Source: an uncultured bacterium (GTDB taxonomy: Bacteria > Auribacterota > JACPWU01). Taken from it: a DNA stretch of 32,000 nt. Made by a program: the position numbers and the translations under genes. The DNA lies in NCBI GenBank assembly GCA_964640155.1, contig CAZXEQ010000001.1, positions 336,403 to 368,402 on the forward strand, in the 5' to 3' direction. The notes below the pieces were generated by a model. The model saw only the letters and a program-made list of their open reading frames with translations. It did not search any database and was not told the origin of the DNA. Each line of letters opens with the position of its first letter. Position 1 is the stretch's first letter. Below are positions 1 to 8,800 of this stretch, piece by piece.

Positions 1-1390
1 ACGTTTCTCCAAAAACTGTCTTGATACGAACCCCAAGATCAAATCTACTGAAAGATTCAGGTGGATTGCCGTCATAAAGCAGATCTTCAAAAATGCTTCT
101 AAAACTTTCTGGATGAGGAACCTCTCCTTCATAATAAGGATTCCCTTCTTTATCAACTCTCACTTCACTGGCCCGTAATTTTCTTCCCCCTTCATTTCCC
201 AAAGGTTCAATGCGAAGAGAAAGTCTATAAAGCATAGCCAAAAGTTTCTTAGCTCTTTCTTCTTTTGGAATATTGAAAAACCAATCTTTTAAAGACGTAC
301 GTTCACTTTCATCCACAATTTTTTCTACAACATAAAATGTTCCAAATTTCTTTCCATTTTGCGGCGGAGTTCTCATAACAAACTCCAAAGCCCCTGTTTT
401 TAAATTAATCACCTGATATGCAAGTGTTCCGTCACTTCCCATGAATGAAACAGGAGCATATCCATTTTTGACAAGTTCTGGATAAAGACTCATCAATTCA
501 TCTCTTTCTTCAGACCCTCTCCCTGCCATTGTTTCAAGAGTTGCTTCGACAAGATGTTGCACTTGAAAAGCTCTGTTGCGATCTGGAGTTGGAGTCGAAA
601 GCCAAGCTATTCCCCTACTTAAGCGTGTGGGAGGAGTTACATCCCACCCCTTCTGATAAAAATCTTTAATGCGCTTAGCAACTCTGGCTCGGAAATCATC
701 TTGGAATTGTCTGTTTGATTCAAAAGCTGTTGGAAGAAATCGTCCAATGATTCTTAATTGTTCTCTTCTATCTTCATTTAAGAATCCTGGCAAAACTTCA
801 AAAGATTTTTGAGCAATTTGAGCATCGACGAATTTTAAAAGATCTTCAAGTGAACGACCTGCCACTCCTTTTCCACCACGATAAGCTAGCTCACCACCAA
901 AATTTCCTTGAGCTTGAGCCATCGCCATTTGAATATCTAAAGCCCAAGCCAGAATATGAATCACTCGTTCAAGCGTAAAATCTTCGGAGATCTCTCCTCT
1001 ACCTTTACTTGCTTCAATTTCAGCCCCAAATCTCTGCCGAATATAAATTTCTGTTATTTCATGCCATTCATAAAAGGCCTGCTGATTTTGTGCAGGATCT
1101 TCATGCAAAGCCTTCTTGGAAACAAATACATAATTCACACCTCCCGCTTGTGCAGCAGGAAAATGAAATGCATTTTTAAGTCCTTTTTTTCTTGCTAATT
1201 TTCCAATCGGATCTTTTGTCTTTTCTGAATCATCATAAATCACAAGCTGATAAGAAATTTCTTTCTCTAATACATTTTGTTTTTTAGCTTCCGCTCGGCC
1301 TTGAGCATTTTTTATAAATGCTTGTACATCTTCCTTAGATACTTTCTGATCATTGTCTTGAGGGCCTGGCTCACCAATGTCTTTAAGGCG
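1..1390 (-). repeat. Protein-level super-repeat R3 (partial, truncated by the window edge)
   Basis: LKDIGEPGP ... NAFH (His 1165) ... YEWHEITEIY (His 1063) ... HILAWALDIQMA (958) ... KSFEVLPGFLNEDR ... KKLLAMLYRLSLRIEPLGNEGGRKLRASEVRVDKEGN. Confidence 0.7.
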
Positions 1391-4300
1391 ATTAACGGGA
1401 GTAGACTTAGATTTCTCAACAAGCCTACCCCAAGCATTGGGATCGATTTCCTGCATGAGATCTCTTAATCGTTCTCCAAAAGCTTTACCATTTCTATCCT
1501 CCATAGCAGCTCTAGACGGTTTGAACATTGCATCTAACGGATCAGACGCAAACAATCTTTGTGTACTCATAGATACTCTTTTTAATCTATCAATCGCAAC
1601 CTCTAGTGGTAGTCCTCGAAACGATATTGTTAGCTTAGGGAACAAAATTTCAAGCCGTTTCCAATCCGCCTCACTAAATATATTCCCATCAATATTGTCA
1701 AATCTACCATGATAGTCTGTACTTTCTCTTCCAAATAAAAATTCTAAAACTTTTAAACAAACTAACTCTTTACCGAGATCACTCCATCCCGTAGAATCTT
1801 TATTCGCATCCTCAGCAGATACTGGTTCTCCATCTGAAGTCATTAAGAGACCTCCTATTCCACCGGGTGAAACTCCAACCTTTCCATGGTAAATTTTGGC
1901 CATTAAGCCAATGATTCTTTTAAACTTTTCCTCACGAGAAATCAAAGTATGCTCTCTCAGCCACTTTGCCCAAACTGGGAGTGGCAATTTACATTCAGGG
2001 CCTTCTATATCAATGACAGCTTGAGGATCTAAAGGTAAAAGAGCATCTCTCACAACACCAAAGATTTCTTCAAATTCCGCAGTAGATGCTTGACGAGTCA
2101 AACGATGACCAATCTGTGTGCCATATATGCTCTCAGAGATAAGTTTTTTTATTATAGGATTACTTCCAAAAAAATCTTTTGCTATATCCGGTAACTTGGA
2201 GAATCCTGTCTCAAAATAGACAGACCAAGAATTTGGTTCTCCCAAAAGAGCATAAAGAATTAAAGTGCGATAGAAACGTGAGATTTTCTGAAAAGGTTTA
2301 AGAAAAACAATTTTTTGAGGATTAAGAACGACTAATATTTTTCCACCTTCGTTCTTAAAAGTAATGTCTTTCCATGGGTCAAAATCTGATAAAGAAAATC
2401 CATCTTTAAACAATTTATCGATTTTAAACATCATTGTATAAAGAACTGTTAGAAATGCTTTATTTCTTTCTTCTTTTCCTTGTGTTGAAAGCAACTCTCT
2501 CCATTCTTCAAAAGTCATTACTTTTTCATCTTTAGATTCTTCTTTTTTAGCTTCTGGCAGAGGTTGGACTTTACCTCCCATAGCTTCCATATCCAACAAA
2601 GCTTTAAAATCCAATCTTTCAAGAATTTTTCTGATAGCCACACTAGGATCTTTCAGCTTTTCAGCAGGAGGAAATAGAATTTGTCCCACAAGAGTAATAA
2701 AGTCTTTATCTTCACCATAAATTCCTATGATTTTTTGCTTAAGAACATCATGTGTTACATTTTCTTTTGGCCAAGAATCTCTTGAACCATAGAGTGTTTG
2801 AAAAAGTAATGAACGAAAGGCTTCTGCAAAAATTGCAGAGTTCGAAAATGACATGCCTGTATTTTCTTGGCGAGGAACAATCTTATTGGGGTTAATAATA
2901 AATTGATCTCCATCAAGGCCTCTTAGAATAATAATATCCGTTAGAGGATCAAAATCTGTCAGTTTGTAACCATTCTCATACAAATGATTTCCTTGAAGTA
3001 TGACGGCATAAAGAAGTGTGGTAAATGCTTTTACTTCTTCTTCCTGAGAGCGATGGACAAATTGCCACCAACGTCCAAGCCTCGGTTGGATCTCTATAGA
3101 GTCAGTTTGTAAAACCCCTGTATAATCTTCTCGAAGATCGGGCCCCATTCTCGATGAAACTACTCTTTGATTGATATGACCTGTTGCAATTTCTATGGTT
3201 AAATAAGCATATACATTTGAATGTCCTTGCTCATACATAGATGGAATTTTTTTAAAAATAAGATAGCCCCGTTGAGAGAGCAATGCATGAACTTTTTTAA
3301 GTGCTGAAGATCCTTTTGCCCCTACTCTTTTCATACTTATTAGAGCTGCTTCTAAAAATTTCTCTGTTTGTTTATCTTGATTCTCTTCTTTCGTTGGTTT
3401 ACGTATTTGAGCAAACCATCCAGCAACCCTATTCTCTTCAGGTCTAGTCCCTTCTCGATAATGCCAAGCCAGCCTTTTCGCTAACATTTCCTGTACAAAT
3501 TGCTCAAACTCAATAAATATTTTTCCCACTTCCACTCCAAAACATCGTGTTGCCCAAGCTTCTTGCATGGACCGATCTTCAGTCAACATCTCAAGGGCAA
3601 GATCAAAGGACATATTGTTAATATAAGTTTCCATAAAACTTTTTAGCTCTTCCATAGATCGAGCTTGAGTAGTCATTCCCCGCATGGGAACAGTACCTAC
3701 GTTATATTGAAAAAGCCCAGGATTTCTCGCCATGCGAAGATCATTTGCCCAAGCCAAAATATGAAAGAGACGCTGAGCCGTATATCCCTTGGGCAATTTT
3801 TTAGCTTTTTCTAAAGCATAAACTTCTTCCCCATACTTCATCTCTGCATAAATTTCAGAGAGCTCATGTTGTTCGTAAAGTGGCCGATGAGCTCCCGCAT
3901 TTTTTGAGACAAAAATATAATAAGTTTTCTTAGCAGGATCAGGATTTGGCAAATGAAAGGCATGATTTAGTTTTTTCTCTCTTGCGATTTGTCCGATAGG
4001 ATCTTGTGTTTTTTCATCATTGTCATAGATCACCACTTGAAACTTAATTTCTACTCCATCCACAAGACATGTAGTTTCAGAACCTGCTCGATTTTGAGCC
4101 TCATCTAAAATAATCTTTTGTTCTTTTTCATTTAAACTTGCCCCATTTCCATGGTATGGACCAGGGTCTTTAAAAGCACCAACGCCTTTTTTCCCCAACA
4201 CTCTCCCAATCAAGCCACTAAACCAACCTGATGAGCTTGACGAACTACCCGAAGTTGTTGGCTCAGGAGGAAGAGATGTGTTGCTATGCACCTGAACCCT

Positions 4301-5722
4301 ATGTTCTGGATCTAGTTCATCGAGCACTCTAAGCAACGATCCTATTTGTGAGAAATAAAGAGGATTTTTAATGGAATCGTCAAATAATTGAACATCGAAA
4401 ATCAATCTTAGAAAATTATCAAAACCGGGAGTCACCTTAAAAAGACGAGCTGCTTGCGCCTGAATTTCAGAAAAAGAAGGATAGTTAGAATGAAATCTCT
4501 CTCCATACAAGGCCCATAATATTAAAGCAGGTAAAGCATTCTGAACAATAGGAGTAAATTCTCCTATAGCGGTTTTATCTTTTGAGCCACGGATGATTTT
4601 CTTTTCCATAATACTAAAAACGATTTTTCCGCCCCGCTCTTCAAAGATGATATCTGTCAACGGATCAAAATCTTGGGATAATTGATACCCGCGTCCTCTT
4701 AATGATTCATCTTCCCTTGCCAACCAATAACAAAGAATGATTAAGAATAGTCCTCTTTGTTTAGGGTCCACAGGCAAAGATGCCCACCACTGACCAAACG
4801 AATTAATTTCACCTACTACATCATCTTCTTCATGAGCAATGTGAATATTTATCTCATTCTTAGTCATTGTTGCTTCAATAACTTTACCTGACTCTAAATC
4901 CATCACCTGATAAATACAGGAATCATTTTCCTCATTGCGGGGAGATACTTGCTTAATAATGGCAAAACCTTGTTCAAGAAATTTGGGAAAAGCTTTTTCA
5001 ACTTTTCCTGCCTCCCTTGAACCAAATTTTTTAGCACTAGCGGTAGCTTTCGCTTTAAATCTCTTGAGCTGTTCTTCTTTTTTTAACTCTTTCTCCCTTC
5101 TATAGTGCTCAACCATTCTTGCTTCAGCCATTTTGATGACTTCACTGTTAAACTCATCGAGCAAAAAAAGTTCATCTCCCATAACATTTTTAGAAAGCTC
5201 ACTTTGATGGAATCTGTCCTCGAGTAATATCTCTAATGCATCGTCAAAAGACATTGTTCCTATTTTTTCTTGCATAAATCGCTTTAAAGCAGCTAAATCT
5301 TGTGCTTGAACAGACATCTTTCTATAAGCAGTAGCTCCTGTACCTTGAGAACTCCCGAAAAGTTCAGGATGTGCAGCCATTCGAACATCATTGGCCCAAG
5401 CTAGAATATGTTTGATCCTCGTCCATGTAAATTCTTTGGGATAGTCTAAATGGCCTTGTTCAAGTAAAGTTTTCAACCATGCAAATTTTATATCAATAAA
5501 AATTTCTGAAAGTTCATGCTGTTCGCAAAGGCCTTGATTGCTGGCATTATCAGAAACGAATACATAATAAGTTCCATCATCATCTTGCAAATGAAAAGCG
5601 TTCTCTAACTTTTCATCCGCAGCTAAATTCCCAATAGTAGGTTCTTTTGCTTTCTTCTCATTTTCATTAAACGCAACTAAGTAATACTCAATAATCTGAC
5701 CATCTATAATGCGTGATCTCAT
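1..5722 (-). CDS. Giant repeat protein, part 2 (second ORF or continuation of part 1), 3-prime partial, at least 1907 codons from ATG 5722
   Basis: The same minus frame stays open from 5860 to position 2 (1953 codons, no in-phase tta/cta/tca on the + strand). First canonical starts after the TGA are TTG 5749 and ATG 5722 (MRSRIIDGQIIEYYLVAFNENE...). The ORF runs off the left edge, ending ...FSRFDLGVRIKTVFGET at position 2. It contains three paralogous super-repeats. The start codon is uncertain. Confidence 0.7.
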   Translation of the reverse strand, partial: MRSRIIDGQIIEYYLVAFNENEKKAKEPTIGNLAADEKLENAFHLQDDDGTYYVFVSDNASNQGLCEQHELSEIFIDIKFAWLKTLLEQGHLDYPKEFTWTRIKHILAWANDVRMAAHPELFGSSQGTGATAYRKMSVQAQDLAALKRFMQEKIGTMSFDDALEILLEDRFHQSELSKNVMGDELFLLDEFNSEVIKMAEARMVEHYRREKELKKEEQLKRFKAKATASAKKFGSREAGKVEKAFPKFLEQGFAIIKQVSPRNEENDSCIYQVMDLESGKVIEATMTKNEINIHIAHEEDDVVGEINSFGQWWASLPVDPKQRGLFLIILCYWLAREDESLRGRGYQLSQDFDPLTDIIFEERGGKIVFSIMEKKIIRGSKDKTAIGEFTPIVQNALPALILWALYGERFHSNYPSFSEIQAQAARLFKVTPGFDNFLRLIFDVQLFDDSIKNPLYFSQIGSLLRVLDELDPEHRVQVHSNTSLPPEPTTSGSSSSSSGWFSGLIGRVLGKKGVGAFKDPGPYHGNGASLNEKEQKIILDEAQNRAGSETTCLVDGVEIKFQVVIYDNDEKTQDPIGQIAREKKLNHAFHLPNPDPAKKTYYIFVSKNAGAHRPLYEQHELSEIYAEMKYGEEVYALEKAKKLPKGYTAQRLFHILAWANDLRMARNPGLFQYNVGTVPMRGMTTQARSMEELKSFMETYINNMSFDLALEMLTEDRSMQEAWATRCFGVEVGKIFIEFEQFVQEMLAKRLAWHYREGTRPEENRVAGWFAQIRKPTKEENQDKQTEKFLEAALISMKRVGAKGSSALKKVHALLSQRGYLIFKKIPSMYEQGHSNVYAYLTIEIATGHINQRVVSSRMGPDLREDYTGVLQTDSIEIQPRLGRWWQFVHRSQEEEVKAFTTLLYAVILQGNHLYENGYKLTDFDPLTDIIILRGLDGDQFIINPNKIVPRQENTGMSFSNSAIFAEAFRSLLFQTLYGSRDSWPKENVTHDVLKQKIIGIYGEDKDFITLVGQILFPPAEKLKDPSVAIRKILERLDFKALLDMEAMGGKVQPLPEAKKEESKDEKVMTFEEWRELLSTQGKEERNKAFLTVLYTMMFKIDKLFKDGFSLSDFDPWKDITFKNEGGKILVVLNPQKIVFLKPFQKISRFYRTLILYALLGEPNSWSVYFETGFSKLPDIAKDFFGSNPIIKKLISESIYGTQIGHRLTRQASTAEFEEIFGVVRDALLPLDPQAVIDIEGPECKLPLPVWAKWLREHTLISREEKFKRIIGLMAKIYHGKVGVSPGGIGGLLMTSDGEPVSAEDANKDSTGWSDLGKELVCLKVLEFLFGRESTDYHGRFDNIDGNIFSEADWKRLEILFPKLTISFRGLPLEVAIDRLKRVSMSTQRLFASDPLDAMFKPSRAAMEDRNGKAFGERLRDLMQEIDPNAWGRLVEKSKSTPVNRLKDIGEPGPQDNDQKVSKEDVQAFIKNAQGRAEAKKQNVLEKEISYQLVIYDDSEKTKDPIGKLARKKGLKNAFHFPAAQAGGVNYVFVSKKALHEDPAQNQQAFYEWHEITEIYIRQRFGAEIEASKGRGEISEDFTLERVIHILAWALDIQMAMAQAQGNFGGELAYRGGKGVAGRSLEDLLKFVDAQIAQKSFEVLPGFLNEDRREQLRIIGRFLPTAFESNRQFQDDFRARVAKRIKDFYQKGWDVTPPTRLSRGIAWLSTPTPDRNRAFQVQHLVEATLETMAGRGSEERDELMSLYPELVKNGYAPVSFMGSDGTLAYQVINLKTGALEFVMRTPPQNGKKFGTFYVVEKIVDESERTSLKDWFFNIPKEERAKKLLAMLYRLSLRIEPLGNEGGRKLRASEVRVDKEGNPYYEGEVPHPESFRSIFEDLLYDGNPPESFSRFDLGVRIKTVFGET
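1391..4180 (-). repeat. Protein-level super-repeat R2 (about 930 aa): X-domain plus two degenerate kinase-like modules plus tail
   Basis: VGAFKDPGPY (4183-4154) ... NAFH (His 3955) ... EQHELSEIY (His 3868) ... HILAWANDLRMA (3763) ... MSFDLALEMLTEDR ... YKLTDFDPLTDIIIL (2956-2945) ... FSLSDFDPWKDITF (2386-2375). Confidence 0.75.
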
Positions 5723-5823
5723 TTCCTTCTTTGAGGAAGCTTTGGCCAATTTAATAAACTGCTGTTTCTGGGCATCTTTTAAAACCTTTTCCCCACGATA
5801 AGCACCTGGATTTTTTAAAGCAC
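4181..5823 (-). repeat. Protein-level super-repeat R1 (about 548 aa): X-domain plus degenerate kinase-like module
   Basis: VGALKNPGAY ... NAFH (His 5593) ... EQHELSEIF (His 5518) ... HILAWANDVRMA (5410) ... MSFDDALEILLEDR ... YQLSQDFDPLTDIIF (4672-4661). Paralogous to R2 and R3 at the same relative positions. Confidence 0.75.
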
Positions 5824-5860
5824 CCACTGGTTCTGGTTGAGGAGTTGACTGGCGAGCCCC

Positions 5861-8800
5861 TTCAAGCAATGTTCGAAGGAGTGGGATCAATGATTCAAGC
5901 ATTTGATTCTCCTTAATCGCTTGCATAAGAGGGCCATCTAAAGCAAAAGGATCAGAGTCAATATGGGTATCAAAATAGATCGAAGATCCTTCAACACTAT
6001 ATAATTTTTTGCCAGTTATTAATTTATATAAAAGAACTCCCACTGAAAAAAGATCGGATGTCCCATAACTTTGCCTCTCTGCTAATTTAGCCATTCCAAA
6101 ATCAATCAAAGCTACTTCATCTATCTCATCATCATATAAAATATTAGCTGGTTTAATATCACTGTGAAAAACTCCAGCCTGATTGGCTAATTGAACAATT
6201 TTAAAAATCCTTCGAAATAAACGATCGACTTGAGAAACGTTTTCAGAAGTCCAGTTCTTAGAAGTTGATCTTCTTAAAGATTCATATAATTTGCTTCTTG
6301 TAATATCTTTTCCCTTAACTTCCATTGCAATGAAATAACCGAAAGAAGAATCTCCTTCTGCATAGTATTTTGGGATACCTTCTTGAACTTTTTGAAGCAT
6401 AACAGCATCATTCCTTACATGTTGATCATGTTCTCTTGATTTAGAAATCTTTAAGGCAATCCGCTTTCCTGTCTGGAAATTTCCTGTCGTTAAATCAATA
6501 GCATCCCAAACTGTAGCAAAAGCCCCACTTCCTAGCTGATTCACAACATAGTATTTACCTGCAACAATCACTCCAGATTGAACTTGCACTACATCTCCTT
6601 GCCCTCGTGTAATATTCGCCAGAAACTGAATTTTTTGATCTAATTTACTTTTGGGATCTAATACATTCACAAAAACGGTCGATAAATCACTATGCCCACC
6701 TAAAATGCCATCCAAAACTTCATCTGCTAAGGCTGCAGCATAGGCTTCAGGTATAGCTGCCACACGGCGATAGATTCCACCTGGCATATAAACGGCATTA
6801 CGACGGGTACCTGTATGAAGATCCCAATGACGGTTATGACCTTCATAGCCTAGGAAATCCAGATTATTGAGAACAACTACAGTGGCTTTTTCCAAGCGAT
6901 ATTCGAAAAATTGAAGAAGGCTTTCTGCATCAATTTTATCTAAAGATTCTTTAGTTCCAGGATAAGTTTCTCTAAAATTTTTATAGTCCTCTACTAAGGC
7001 AAGGTAGGACTGACGTTTCTTTTCTCGTATTTTTGGATCTTTGTCTTTGCTTTCTCGTAACTCTGAAATACTCTCACGAACTAAATTAAGGCGAGTTTCA
7101 ATTTCCTTAAACAAATCTTCTCTTTTCTCTCTAAGAACGGTTTGGGCATTTATAAAATATTCATCATCTTTAGGATCTTCCGTTCTAAAAAACGCTTGAT
7201 CCCCTTCTAACATTCTTTGCTCACCATGTACGACCGTTACCGCTTTATTATTTCCTTTGGTCTGACTCTGTATGCGATAATCAATTCTTTCTTCACGATA
7301 ATCATCCATTCCCACGCGATGAGCTTTGGCTGTTGTAACTGTTTCACTTGTGTCTTTCTTTATTTTGTCTGTTAACATTATAGAAAATGCTTTTGCAATT
7401 TCTCCAGCAACTGAATCTTTATATTTTTCTTCATCATAAACATAATCTCCTCTAAGTTGGTCGAGCTTCTCTTGATCATTTTTCTCTATACATTCTTGAA
7501 TGTACCTTTGAACACGAAGTGGAATAAATTCTTGTCCTCCTGACAAACTCCATCGGATAAAAGCTTCTACTCCATCTACCATTTCAGGATGAACAAAAGT
7601 GAGTCTTTCATCTAACCAAACAGGGGTTTCTCCTTTCTCATATTGCTCTCCCAACTCATGCGCCATCAAAGAAAGTATTTCTTCTGCCTGTGCTTCTCCA
7701 GAGAAACTTTTGATCTTTTCATAATGAGTTTGATTAATAATCACATGTACAATGCCATTTTTCGTCTGGACTTGCCGTGTCGCCTGAACATCTTTGTGAA
7801 GTTTATTGGAAGTGTGAACTTTAACTGTTCCTGATTGGAGAGCTACTTGTAATGCTTTTAAAAGCTCTCGATATTTTTCATGTCTATCTTTTCCATAGGA
7901 AGGAGGTGGTGCTCGATCCTCTAAAATTAATTCAGAATCTGATGTACTTACAATTTTTTCAATATACTTCTCCATCAAAACCACAACCTCTTGTGGTATT
8001 TCAAGCAACGGTTCATTCGTTAAGTCAATCGGCTTACCCGTCGCAGGATCTTTCGGAACCGCATGGTCATCCCCACGAGAACCCACAACTTTAGCCGCCA
8101 TACCAGCAATCTGCTCAACCTGAGACTGTACTCCTCTGTCATTTTGATTTTGAAAACCACTCGCAGGAGAAACAGTACTCACCTCTAAAACACGTGTTGG
8201 CAAAGGCAAAACTGGGATATTTCTAGGATGCTGATAAGGCCCTCCTTGTACTTGTATTTGTAAAGGCGTCTGCACGGTATTTGATATATGAAGATGAGGG
8301 AATGCTCTTTGTATTCTTTCAGGGGTTATTCCTACAAGAATCGTCATGTCATTAAAAATCATTGGAGGGACTCCTACCCCCTCTATCATAGTTGGTGCAT
8401 TCATCCGAGCTTCTGCTTGAAATAGTGTTCCAAATAATACAGATTGATGAGGCCTATGACTGGATTGCAGCGCAGATAAAAAATATCCACTAGCAGACTG
8501 GTCAAAACTACTGACAGAAACAGTGGTTGGAGGCATACCATTTTGCAACAATTGCATTTGTGTAGTTTGAGTAACCAATTGTCCATTAAAGTTATAAGAA
8601 AAACATGAATCATTAATAAAAACAACTTCTTCTAAATCTCCTCTGGCAACCAAGGCTCGTGCCATTTCTTCAGGACTAATATCCGTTTCATCATCAAGCG
8701 CTAATAGCTGAGGCAAGCCATGTCCATTAAAGTAAATAGTGAGGGGTCCTCTGGAATTTCTAATCTCACTTAAAGCTGCTTGCTTATCTTGCCCTCCCTG

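Noticed and set aside
958-5520. Reading the HE(L/I)xE motif of the X-domains as a zincin HExxH metalloprotease site
   Set aside because: The second His is replaced by Glu in all three main repeat copies (R1-R3) and in the weaker upstream copy, so this is not the canonical zincin signature. I kept it only as an unexplained conserved motif.
5861-5863. In-frame TGA read as selenocysteine, or as a sense codon under genetic code 4 or 25
   Set aside because: TGA clearly terminates normal-length housekeeping genes in the same window (metK at 16633-16631, lptC at 24867-24865, kdsB at 29421-29419). I see no SECIS-like hairpin just downstream and no sel genes. The out-of-frame paralogous motif explains the stop better.
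8401-8625. Minus-strand 74-aa ORF from the track
   Set aside because: It is in a different phase (first base 0 mod 3) and fully inside the giant ORF, overlapping the region just downstream of the caspase-like Cys. There are no supporting motifs.
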